From: Selaginella moellendorffii
Lineage: Eukaryota > Plantae > Lycopodiophyta
Reading direction: 5' to 3'
Assembly (NCBI RefSeq): GCF_000143415.4
Contig: NW_003314270.1
Span: 2,697,668-2,761,667, forward strand
DNA: 64,000 nt
Shown here: positions 27,007 to 38,425 of the stretch, one piece after another
How the letters are laid out: every line of letters begins with the position of its first letter
How positions within the stretch are numbered: the stretch's first letter is position 1
The notes under the pieces: generated by a model
The model's input: only the letters and a program-made list of their open reading frames with translations
What the model was told of the DNA's origin: nothing
Databases searched by the model: none
Translations under genes and position numbers: made by a program

Positions 27007-28688
27007 ATGGGTCTACAGGGAGAAGTAAGATTGAGCGATCTCAAAGTGAAAGTCCACAAGATCTCGACGGTGGTTCCAGCCGGAGAGACCGAGCAATGCA
27101 CGCTCTTCATGTCCAACATCGACCAGGTACTGGCTTACTACGTCGAGACGGTCTACTTCTACGACAAGGGGGGTGACGCCGCGGCGGAACTTCTCCAGGA
27201 GGCGCTTGGGAGAGTTCTCGTCCCCTACCATTTCCTGGCTGGGAGATTCAAGCTCAATCCCAAGCTGGGGAGGATGGAGCTGGAATGCAACCGCGAAGGA
27301 GTCTCCTTTGCTGCCGCGAGCTGCGAGCTGCGAGTCTCGGATCTGGGCGATATCAGTGTTCCAAATCCGCTCTTCCGCAATCTCGTTCTCCTTCCGGACG
27401 AAGGCAAGGCTCTCAACGATGCTCCTCTCATCACAATCCAGGTTCGTTCCTTGTTTTTCTAGCGTTTGTTCTTGGTTCTTCCTTGGATAGAGCTTGGTTT
27501 CTTTGGGTGTTGAAATGCAGTTAATGCATGATGATCGTTTGGTTGCTGGCTTTACACTTTTTTATGCGGTGGTTTTCTGTTCTTGCCAGGCATCTCTTTT
27601 GCATTGCAGGACCGCATTTAATATCAGCGTGCTTGGATTCTTTACTCGTGAATTTTCTAGTCGTGACTCTTGATCTTTCCTTCGCGTTTTTACGTGAATT
27701 CTTGGACTTTGCGTCAGTGCTTGACCGATCTCGACTAAAAAATCCATTTTTTTTTCTTTCCACACTCCAGGTGACCAAGTTTTCGTGCGGTGGCTTCGCA
27801 ATGGGCGTCTACATGAGCCACGCATCGCTCGACGGCATCGGCGCGCTCGAGTTCTTCATGAACTACTGCTCGGTTGCCCGCGGCGATGGAATGCAAGTCA
27901 TCCCAAAGCCGGACCGGACGATGCTCGCCGCTCGCTCGCCACCGCAAGTAACTTTCGACCACACCGAGTACGTGAAGCTCAGCGATCTCATGGCCGCCGC
28001 CGCTGCCGCCAAGGCCACCGCCTTCACCACCCCGGACTCCGCCAACGCCGCCACCCGAGCCCCACAAAAGCACGTCTACAAGAGCTTCTCCTTCACTCCC
28101 GACCGGATCGCCCAGCTCAAGAAGGCCGTCCTCGATGAATCCACCGCGACGATCGACAAGTGTTCTTCGTTCGAGGTGATCGTCGCCCATCTCTGGCAGG
28201 CGAGAACTCGGGCCGTGGAGATGGATCCCGACTCGCCCTCCAAGCTCTTCTTCGCGGTGGACATTCGCAACAAGGTAGATCCTCCGCTGCCAAAGGGATT
28301 CGCCGGGAATGGCGTCCTCTCGGCGCCTTGCGTGAAAACTCTCGCGCGGGACGTCCGCGAGAACTCGCTGGGCTACTGCGTACGGAAGGTCCAGGAGGCC
28401 ATCGCCGCGGTGACCGACGAGTACGTACGGTCGTCCATCGACCACGGGGAGCTCTACCGCGGCGTGCCGGCGCTCCACGGTGGGATATTCATCTCCCCGT
28501 GGTGGAAGATCCCCTTCCAGGAGCTCGACTTTGGGTGGGGGCGGCCGCTCTACGCGGGGCCCGTGGTAAACGACCGGGTAGAATTTGTTTTACTGCTCCA
28601 CAATGGTAAACAGGATGGCGGGCTCAATGCATACCTGGCGCTGGAGCCGGCGGAGATGGACAAGTTTGAGAAGCTCCTCCAAGTTTAG
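27007..28688 (+). CDS. BAHD acyltransferase
   Basis: HASLDG (HxxxD) and DFGWG motifs; conserved intron after Q (27442-27770). Confidence 0.92.
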
Positions 28689-28847
28689 CGAGGAAAGCAT
28701 CTGGGCCGTTGGATCGTTTGCCTTTAAATTGAAAGGAAAAATAGGAAAATGGTTTTTTATCGGACGGTGGACGGCCTCTCCGATGTGAAGCCCATCCCGA
28801 CCGTCGGATTTGTTTCTTAAACCTCTCTTTGTTTCAAGCTTTTGGCT

Positions 28848-29794
28848 ATGGCGTCCCCATCGTCGCTGTACGCCGATCTCCGTGGCGCTCGAGCGGCGCC
28901 CGCATTGCCGTCGCAAATTTCTTCCTCCTCCTCCTCGGCCGTGGCGTTTCCTCTGCGCGCGCGGATCGGTGGATCGCTGAGCGTTTCTTCGTCGTCGATC
29001 GGACGCAGGGATCTTGGGATTGGCAAATGTAGCAGCGCAGGAGAGGCGGCGAATGTGGACATCAAGCAAGTGCCGATCGAGAAGAGTGAGTGGTTTTTCC
29101 CTCTCGATTGTCGATACTTCCCTTTGCATGTCCTTGTTTTCATGCTCTTTGGATCAGGGTTTGAAGAATTTCCTTCTGTGCTGGACATCAACAAGATCCG
29201 GGACATTCTTCCTCACAGGTACAGTGTTTATACTGTCCTTGGCATTTGTATCTCTCTTGTTTGGCTCTTGTTTTTTCATTTGATCTCTCCTGTTTTGCTC
29301 GTAGATATCCATTTTTGCTAGTAGACAGAGTGATCGAGTATCAACCCGGTGTCACGGCAGTAGGGATTAAAAACGTGACGATCAATGACAATTTCTTCCC
29401 CGGCCACTTTCCGGAGAGACCGATCATGCCTGGAGTTCTCATGGTTGAGGTAGAAAACGATGAGACAGAGAATTTTCTTGCGTAGTTCTAATACGTTCAT
29501 GCTTTTAAATCTTCTGTCCAGGCAATGGCTCAAGTTGGTGGACTCGTGATGCTCAAGCCCGAAGCTGGCGGCTCCAAGGAGATTTTTTTCTTTGCGGGCG
29601 TGGACAAGGTCCGGTTCCGCAAGCCAGTGATCGCCGGTGACACTCTGGTGATGAGGATGAACCTCGTCAAGTTCCAGAAGCGATTTGGCATCGTCAAGAT
29701 GGAAGGCAAGGCCTATGTTGGCAAGAATGTGGTTTGCGAGGGGGAATTCACCTTGGCAATGGCATCATCAGACGATGAAGCAACCAGCAAATGA
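28848..29794 (+). CDS. FabZ: Plastid 3-hydroxyacyl-ACP dehydratase
   Basis: Transit peptide; [34 protein letters not shown]. Confidence 0.93.
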
Positions 29795-30652
29795 GGTTTG
29801 GGCTTCTTTTTGCTTTCGGAGCTCATAATCAAGTTTTACACGATATTATTCTACGTTTGAATGTAAATGATAAAGATGGTCAAGCTATTGTCTGCTAGCT
29901 CCATCGATCTTATGTTCGATCTTATGCTCTTTAGTTGAACCTTGGAAAATTTAAAACACCGCCGAAGCTTTGTCTAGTCCCAAATGTTCTTCCCTGTAAT
30001 GTCGACTGATATTTCCCCATCAATTACTCGGAGTAGGACCCAAATTGCGACGCATAATAACAAACACTGCTTAATATGCAAATTACCAAGTAGATTCCAA
30101 GCTGCACAACACGTTTGCATGCCTTGTTTGAATGATCCTCCCATTGCATTTCTTTCAACACTGGAGTTTTTTCTCAATAAAAGACTAGACTTGGTCTTGA
30201 GAATTTTAGGATGTGCTTGACCAGTAAATGCACCACAATGTCATACGTTGACTCCTGCAATTCTCAAGCCAGATTATGTGGTCAAAGAATGTTTGCTACT
30301 CGTTTTGCTTGGCTCTACGTTTATGCTTCCGCTTGATCACACATTATAACACGTCTTTTTCCTTTGTTAAGTTTAGGAAACTAGAATACGCGGCTATCCT
30401 TTTTGGATGCAAGTCTCAATCGAAATAGACGTATTTATAATATACAAGACAACAATTCTGCCATACGCGACCCCATGCTCGTCCTCGTCAGAATTGGACG
30501 GCCAGACCTTCTATAAAGAAGAAGACAAGGCAAATCCAGCATAGCAATCCAGAATCCCTTTAGCCAGTGCTCTCAGTGATCTACCACGAGCAATATTGCA
30601 AGTTTGGGTTAATACCGAATTCACAGCAGTGCTACTTCGATCTATCCATTCT

Positions 30653-32224
30653 ATGGTATCTATGGCCTATCCAAAGGACAAGATTGCCTTCTTGTATATC
30701 CACACAGAGAGTGGCGAGCTTGCCTTCATGTCACAGTCTGCGTTGCAATATGTCCCAGTTACCGGCACCCGGAGTGATTTCACGTTTTCTTCCATTGTTG
30801 CAAGCAGCAATGCAGAAGATTTAGAGGAGGTCAAGAAAGGCACACGCTCCATTGCTCCGGAGATGAACAGGTACACCATTTCCATGATTGGAGTTGATTC
30901 ACGCACTTCATGGGAAGCCACAGTCTATGAGAGATACATTGGCAATGGTTTCGAGGGTGTGGTTTTCACCCAGGATCCCAGCCAGGGCACTCTTCAGGAG
31001 GCTAGCGAGATGAGTTATCTGGCCTCTCTCCTGCTGGAAAACAGCGTCATGACCAGGGATTGTCTCCTGGAGCCCTTCACTTCACACACACCTCAAGAGG
31101 TGGACGACATCACCTCCCAAGTTGTGGACATCATCGAGAAGAATTACATCCACTTTCCAAACCACGACCAGTGGTTCACCAGTGGGGGCAAGCAGAGGTT
31201 TGCCGACAAGTTGAGGTACCACGTCGCAAGAAACATTCCGCTCGAGTTCATCTTGCCGGCTTTTCCTGTCAAGTCGTGTAATCCTGACAAGACACTGGGA
31301 ATGTGCCCGGACAAAGCCGAGGAGCTGGCCATTCATTCCATGAAGATCGTGGCCGATCTCATCAAGGCAGTATACCCTCCAGGCGTGCACTACAACGTCG
31401 TCTCGGATGGCCATGTCTTCTCCGATCTCGTCGGCTCTGACGATGCTGCTGTGGAGTCTTATGGCGAGATGTTTTCGGACATGGCACACAACTTGTATCC
31501 CGGCTTGGTCAGTTTCTTCCGCCTGGATGAGTTTCTGCTGGACAACCACAGCGAGGACAGCATTACGAAGCTTATATCCAACACCACCGTGGAACATCCC
31601 GTTGCTACCGAGCTCACCGCCAATGCAGAGAATGCCAGGCGAGCTCTCATGTGCTTGTTTGGATGTGACGAGTCAACTGTCACCAAGGAGATCAAGGATG
31701 ACCCGGAGACTCGCAATCTTTATCGTGGCTTCTCCAGATTCATGCTCGAGGACTTGTACGAACACAAGAGCTGCAAGAACCTTCCGTCAAAGTCGGCCAA
31801 GAAGAAGCTGTGTAGCCAGGTTGCCTTCCTCATGATCCTCAGGAACCGTGCCTTCTCGGCCATGGTGGAGTGGCTCTTCCCGTTGCAGCTGCGCATCTCC
31901 ATCCACCCACATCCAAACAGAGGCCCCAAGTATGGCATCAACATCATTCATTCCTCTCTAGTGGCAGCACAGCGGTCCTCCGAGGAAAAAAACTTCCACA
32001 TCCCAACCCCATGGCACAATACGGTGGTGGAGCTGGCGGATGGCAAGTTCATGCTGCTGCATTCCAAAGTCATCCGAGGTTCAAGTGTGCATGCTGGAGA
32101 AATGGCATGCGAGCAACTCCAGTTGAGTCAACAGTTGCTTCTCAAGCGTGAAGGCTATAGAATGATGCTGATGAGATATCCAGATGGCAGACCCAGCCAC
32201 TACAAGCAAGTCTGCGTCTGCTAA
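30653..32224 (+). CDS. Dit1/PvcA-family isocyanide (isonitrile) synthase, fungal Dit1-type, intronless
   Basis: LPAFPVKS, PDKAEELA, VYPPG, VSDGHVFSD, LYRGFSRFMLEDL, RISIHPH, GPKYGI, HIPTPWHN motifs; TATA-like TATAAAG at ~30512. Confidence 0.88.
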   Translation: MVSMAYPKDKIAFLYIHTESGELAFMSQSALQYVPVTGTRSDFTFSSIVASSNAEDLEEVKKGTRSIAPEMNRYTISMIGVDSRTSWEATVYERYIGNGFEGVVFTQDPSQGTLQEASEMSYLASLLLENSVMTRDCLLEPFTSHTPQEVDDITSQVVDIIEKNYIHFPNHDQWFTSGGKQRFADKLRYHVARNIPLEFILPAFPVKSCNPDKTLGMCPDKAEELAIHSMKIVADLIKAVYPPGVHYNVVSDGHVFSDLVGSDDAAVESYGEMFSDMAHNLYPGLVSFFRLDEFLLDNHSEDSITKLISNTTVEHPVATELTANAENARRALMCLFGCDESTVTKEIKDDPETRNLYRGFSRFMLEDLYEHKSCKNLPSKSAKKKLCSQVAFLMILRNRAFSAMVEWLFPLQLRISIHPHPNRGPKYGINIIHSSLVAAQRSSEEKNFHIPTPWHNTVVELADGKFMLLHSKVIRGSSVHAGEMACEQLQLSQQLLLKREGYRMMLMRYPDGRPSHYKQVCVC

Positions 32225-32504
32225 GTTGCTGTTTGATTCTTTCAAGGCTTTGGGTAAATTTCCCAAGTCTAAGCCCATTCTTTTAATAAAAAATGAGTAC
32301 ATACCATTTTTTCTTTACTATCCTTACTGGATCTAGCAGCGTTGTCTTTGGGAGTGTGAGGTCCAACTGAAACGTTAAAGATCTTGTATTGCATCATAAG
32401 ATCCAGATCTCAATCTCTTTATTTACGCTCGAATCACAATCCAATGTGCATTTTTAAGATTCAAAGGCGGCCGCCTTTTAGGTCATACCAATCCTTTAAT
32501 CGCC

Positions 32505-33389
32505 ATGACTGTGTGGAGAGCGGTCGAGAGTGGTGACTTGGTCGTGAGCGAGGAGCTCTCGTCCTTGAGAAAGATGTATGATGTGGGTTTTGAGCTTGGA
32601 AAGGGAGGGCAAGGCACTGTACACCTTGTAAGCTTTAGAATGGGTGGTAAGTTGCTAGCGGCTAAGAGCTTCGAGAGATCGGGTGAGAGAGAGAAGGAAA
32701 TCATGCTCAAACTCAATGGTTGCCATGGTACACTAGAGATCTACGACATGGTCGAGGAGGAGCTCAAGGGCCGCTGGTGGGGATCCCTAATCTTGGAGCT
32801 CTGCTCGTGCACGCTCCGGGACAGGCTAAAGATGGTGGGGAGGCTGGCGGATGGCGAGGCGGCGTTTGTGACCGAGAGCCTGGCCGAGACGCTGAGGGAG
32901 ATGCACAACCTTGGGGTGGTGCACAGGGATATGAAGCTGGAAAACGTTTTGCTGACGCATCCAGCGCAACCTTACGAGGTGAAGCTGTCTGACTTTGGGG
33001 TTGCGACTGACCTGCACCACCTTTGTGGCACCCCTGGGTATATGTCGCCAGATGTTCTCAGGGCTGGTGAGGGCGGATGGCCGAAATACTACACTCAAGC
33101 GGTGGACGTCTGGGGGCTCGGACTCATTCTATATGAGCTCCTTAGCGGAAGGGTGGCCTTCCCTGAATACCACTCTGATTATGTGGAGTTATTGCTGAAA
33201 AGCGTGGACAATGTGGAGTTTGCATTGGATTGGAGTGATGTGACGAGCGAGGCAAAGGATTTGATCATGGGGATGTTGGAGGTTTATCCGAGCCGGAGGC
33301 TGACGGTGGAGCAAGTGCTTGGTCACCCCTGGATCGTGAACAACACCAGCGAGCTGCTTACCAGGAACTTGATTTGCAAGATTATGTAA
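32505..33389 (+). CDS. Intronless minimal Ser/Thr kinase, copy D (4-aa activation-loop deletion)
   Basis: 294 aa; ATDLHHLCGT versus ATDRADEMHHLCGT in the other copies. Confidence 0.85.
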   Translation: MTVWRAVESGDLVVSEELSSLRKMYDVGFELGKGGQGTVHLVSFRMGGKLLAAKSFERSGEREKEIMLKLNGCHGTLEIYDMVEEELKGRWWGSLILELCSCTLRDRLKMVGRLADGEAAFVTESLAETLREMHNLGVVHRDMKLENVLLTHPAQPYEVKLSDFGVATDLHHLCGTPGYMSPDVLRAGEGGWPKYYTQAVDVWGLGLILYELLSGRVAFPEYHSDYVELLLKSVDNVEFALDWSDVTSEAKDLIMGMLEVYPSRRLTVEQVLGHPWIVNNTSELLTRNLICKIM

Positions 33390-33543
33390 GAACAAGACAG
33401 AAAGAAACTGTATGTACATTATACATTATCATGTAAAATGTACATAGCAGAATGGATTCCATGTAGTAAGAACAAGACAAAGCTATAATCTATTTAACGA
33501 TTCTTCCGTAATCATTCTTTCGATGATTGTATGTACATTTGTT

Positions 33544-34913
33544 TCATTTCTTCTCCGTTGCAACGCCAACGACGACGTTGCTCACCTGTTATCAAGCATC
33601 CTCGTTACATTGGTCGCAGGATCAAAACGCACGGACGTACCAGTTTTCCACTCTCGTCAATCGTCATCGGGTTTTCAACGACGACTGTCTGAGGCTGTGG
33701 TCGAGGCTGCGGCTGCACAAGCAACAAGAACAGCAAATCATTCTCGAGAAACTGCAAGGAATAGTTACCAATTCCTGAGTTTGGAGCAGCGGCATGTATG
33801 GAGGAGGCGTGTGCGGCGGGAAAGGAAACCTCACATTGCTCATCTGTTGGAGAGAAAGATCAGAGAAAAACACACCGATGGAAAGGATCCTTACAGTGAT
33901 TGGTGTGATGTATTGGCACAAAGCGCATTTCACCGATTGTGCTCCGAACGCATAAACAAGCGTTGTGCTGCATCCTCCACAGTTTACGTGCGCTATCTGG
34001 TTCGCTGCGAGGAAGAGAAAAGATATCTCAAGGACTGGAAAAATCTACGAACTTAACTTACCATCCATTGCAACGTTTACTGTGTGGCAGCACGAGCACT
34101 GAACGCTCGTCGCTCCACGGATGTAGAGAAGCAAAGTCCGACATCCTCCACACACAAGTTGTGCCATCTCTGGTCCTGGACGTTCACAACTAGAAACCCA
34201 GACATCCGCAATCAAAAGGAGGAAGAGGAACATACCTTGCGGTGAAACTGGTGTGATGCAGCTACACAGAGCACACCGGACGTTGGTTGCTCCATGTGGA
34301 TATATGAGAAGTGTTCTACAGCCACTGCAAATCAACTGGCTTTGAGCACCTGGAAGAAGTTACATCAGCTCACTATTCTATCAATGATTCAGTACTATAG
34401 ACAGTGATAACTATTTTATCAAGCAATGAAAGTAACAAGAACTCTTCTATCAGGGAACGAAAGTAGCAAGAGCTAAGAACAATTCTACCAAGCAATGCAA
34501 GTAACAAGAACTCTTCTATCAGGCAACGAAAGTAGCAAGAGCTAAAAACTAGTCTACCAGTAGAAATAGAAGGAATGACATTAGTTCTATCGATCGAGAA
34601 CAATGAACAAACCTGGAAGAGGAAGGAATGGGAGAAGAGGAGGATGTGATGGATATGGCGCGATAGGAGCGGGCAGAGAAGGCGGCGTCCATGGATTGCT
34701 CCTGATCAAGCTGCTGCTGCTGCTAGAACCAGCCAAATTGTTGGCGGCGCTGGTATCAGCTTCAGCAGGCGATCCAGACGGCGCCGCCGAGCTCCCCAAT
34801 CCCGCCCCTCCCTGCGCCGCTACTAGCACCACCGCGGCAGCCTCATTCTGATCCGGTGGCGGAGGCGCGTCGCCCCCGCCTCCAGCGATCAACGCACTGT
34901 TGCCGCCGAGCAT
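33544..34913 (-). CDS. LSD1: LSD1/LOL-type zinc-finger protein (cell-death regulator)
   Basis: Three CxxC..(RTLL/STTL)xY..GAxxVxCxxC fingers; C-terminal [25 protein letters not shown]. Confidence 0.9.
34420..34557. repeat. 69-bp tandem duplication in LSD1 intron 1
   Basis: caagcaatg..aagtaacaagaactcttctatcagg..aacgaaagtagcaagagctaa present twice. Confidence 0.85.
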
Positions 34914-35199
34914 CTTCCTCGCGAATCATTATCCTCTGGAGAAATACAGCGAGAGAGATGAATGGAGGTGGAATCACAGCGCGCTAGGGCGGTAGAGACC
35001 TTGGAAGAAATCCTCGCGCATTGCTCATCATTGCTAGGGTTCTTGGGCAGCCGTTGAAATCTCCTTTTTCGCTACTTGCTGACGTGTCCTTCTTTAGTCT
35101 AAATCTCATGTTCTTTCTTACATTCCTGTCTTATAATCTAGTGTCCAGTGCATCTGGACACTACCACTACACTGGGTTTATTTAGGGTTCTTCCTCGCG

Positions 35200-38100
35200 A
35201 TGGAAGGCGATGGCGCATTGCGAGCGATCATCTACAATCGGGGCAGCTTGCGCCTTCTTGACCAGGTGTGGATTGGATGCGAGCGACACTAAGCCCGAAA
35301 TTCTCTGTTTTCTTGGCAGAGGGAGCTCCCTTTCAAGATTGTGTACCTCGATGTGAACGATTCGGGCACTGGATGGTTAAAATTGATGATTCTTTCCGCG
35401 AGGGATCTCTGATTGAGGTGTGATTTTGGCAGGAAAGCAATCAAAGATATGGTTGTTCGTGGAGCTCCTGCGATTGCCATTGCCGCAGCGTTGTCTTTGG
35501 CTGTGGAGGTCCACAATCTTCGCCCTGGCGAGGTCACGACTCCGCAAGACGCTCACCTCCTTTTGCGGAAGCGTCTCGACTATTTGGTTTCGAGGTACGT
35601 ATGATTCATTGTTCCTTCCTTTTTTCCACTTTGGAATCCTTCTTTTTCTTTTGTAGCCGACCAACAGCCGTCAATCTCGCGGATGCCGCAGAGAAACTTA
35701 AGAGAGTGGCTTCAGTGGCAGCTAGTACCGATAATGCTAGCGCACAGGATGTGTTCCAGGTACTCGAGCACTTTGTCCATCCACATTGTGATCCATCCAT
35801 GGATGCAGGCATACATTGAAGCCGCGGAGGCTTTTCTCGAAGAAGACGTCTCTTCCAACAAAGCGATTGGGGACTACGGCTCGGCGTTTCTTCTCAATGG
35901 AGCTGACGAGTCTCGCAAGCTGGCTGTTCTAACGCATTGCAATACTGGGAGGTGAGAACGACCTCTTTTGTGTGTTTTACGTAGCACTTTCTTACTTTCC
36001 TGCAGTCTTGCTACTGCCGGGTATGGGACAGCTCTGGGAGTCATTAGAGCTTTACACTCGCAGAACCGCTTGCATACGGCATTTTGTACAGAAACAAGGC
36101 CGTACAACCAGGTGCGAAAGACGTCTCGTAGAACTTTGTATTGGTGGTAATCGATAATTAGCAGGGATCGCGATTGACAGCCTTTGAGCTGGTGCACGAC
36201 AATATCCCCGCCGTGCTCGTTGCAGACTCTGCAGCAGCGTCGCTTCAATCTTCCGGGCGTGTGGATGCTGTCATAGTTGGCGCTGATAGAGTTGCGGCGA
36301 ATGGTAAGGCCTAGCATTGTGTTTCATCTCCGTGATTTTTTGTTTCTTCAGGTGATACCGCAAATAAGATTGGAACGTACAGTCTGGCCGTGTCTGCCTC
36401 GCGCCACGGGATACCGTTTCTCGTAGCAGCGCCATTGACTTCGGTGGATTTGTCTATCTCGTCCGGCGACCAGATTTCTATCGAGGAGAGGTCAGCTTTG
36501 GAACTGACTCATACTCAGGGTGGACAAGGACATCGAGTTGCTGCCGAGGGAATATCGGTGTGGAATCCGGCGTTTGATGTAACACCAGCAGCCTTGATCT
36601 CGGCCATCATAACTGATAAGGTACATGTCACCCGCCATGCAACTAAAGCGAAAGTGATGTTTTGCTACGTGCAGGGTGTCATTACGAAAGCTGATGAATC
36701 CGGCACCTTTGACATTCCTGCATTTGTGAAGAGCTTAGCAACAACCGCTCCCGGAAAAGCCACCACTTTTCGTCCCCTGAGCGAGAACACTGTGGCAGAT
36801 TACGTGCAAAGTGTTTCGCACCTTGCGAAGCGACTTGGGGGTAGTAAACAAGACTGGGCGGTTAAAGAAGTTGGAGATGGCAATCTCAACTTTGTCTACA
36901 TTGTTACGGGTGCAAGCGGCTCTTTCGTCTTAAAACAGGTAAGATTTATCGCAGCATTCATCCATTACAATGGCTCTTGTTTTCTCCATCCACAGGCCCT
37001 TCCTTATGTACGATGTGTTGGCGATAGCTGGCCATTGTCACTGGAGCGTGCTTATTTTGAAGTTACGGCTTTGCAAGAGCACGGAAAGCACTGCCCAGAA
37101 CACGTCCCGGAAGTGTATCACTTCGACCACCCGATGGCATTGTTTGCAATGCGCTATCTAGCGCCGCCGCATATCATTTTGCGGAAAGGACTAATCGCTG
37201 GAACGAAGTATCCCTTACTGGCGGAACACATGTCGGACTACATGGCCAGGACGTTGTTCAACACTTCGCTTCTGGCAACTTCTACAACTGAACACAAGGC
37301 GGCAGGTTATATCCTCGTTTTTTTTTTTTCCATTCACCTTGGAATCACGTCGTCATGTGCAGTCGCCAAGTTCTGTGGGAACGTCGAGCTTTGCAGATTG
37401 ACAGAACAGGTGGTCTTCACGGAGCCGTATATGATCGCGTCAAACAATCACTGGACAACACCTCAGCTAGATGAGGACGCTAAGTCCATCCGCGAAGATG
37501 ATTATTTAAAGCTCGAGATTGCCTCGCTGAAGTCCAAGTAAGCCTTTCGTGCTTTCTTTTGCACAGCACCTACATTCATTCTGCTGTTGTTTGCAGGTTT
37601 TGTGAAAAGTCACAAGCATTGATTCATGGAGACTTACACACGGGATCAGTGATGGTCACTCAGGAGTCGACACAAGTGATTGATCCAGAGTTCGCATTCT
37701 ACGGGCCAATGGGGTTTGACATTGGAGCCTTTCTCGGGAACCTTGCTCTTGCGTACTTTTCACAAGACGGTCATACGTCTGACAACAGCAATAGAGATGT
37801 AAGTCACTGCTCAAACTTGCAAGGCCTTTAACGCAAACGTCCACCGCTTTTTCAGGAATACAAAGAATGGATATTGAAAGTTCTACAGGATACCTGGAAT
37901 TTATTCAAAGAGAAGTTCCTTCTCTTGTGGACAGACAAATCCCAGAGGATGGGCGACGCATATCCGGCGGGCGTTTACACGTCGCTTGAGACTCATAAAC
38001 TGGCCCAGAAGATTTATCTCAGGGACTTGTTCGAAGATACGCTGGGTTTTGCCGGGGCAAAGATGATAAGGTAACAACAATAAGTTCTTTCGTATTGTTA

Positions 38101-38287
38101 ACGTAAACTTTGTGCGAGCAGGAGAATCGTGGGCATTGCACACGTGGAAGATTTCGAATCGATCGAAAACCCAGAGTTGCGGTCACAATGTGAAAGACGC
38201 GCGTTAAATTTTGCCAAGGACTTGCTCAAGACGAGGTCCAAGCTCGCGTCAATTGAGGAAGTAATTCAGCTTATCAGAAAAGTGTGA
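35200..38287 (+). CDS. MTI-MTK: Fused methylthioribose-1-phosphate isomerase + methylthioribose kinase
   Basis: [41 protein letters not shown], then with no stop [42 protein letters not shown]. Confidence 0.88.
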
Positions 38288-38425
38288 GATAACAATCATA
38301 CAATCAAACTCCCAACGTACTCAGCTTTCCTGAAAATAAGCCGAAAATCGAAATAAGAAACAGTTGAGAACTTCAAGCGTGGTGATTCACTTACCAGCTT
38401 AATTATATTTAGTGGAAGAGAAAAT

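Noticed and set aside
30596-30652. TTG-initiated N-terminal extension of the isocyanide synthase
   Set aside because: Eukaryotic context; the first in-frame ATG is 30653
30653-32224. ICS as a fungal contaminant
   Set aside because: Contiguous with plant genes and with locally repeated kinase/dirigent sequence; still needs read-level confirmation
34420-34557. CRISPR-like or regulatory array
   Set aside because: Only two adjacent 69-bp units without spacers, in a eukaryotic intron
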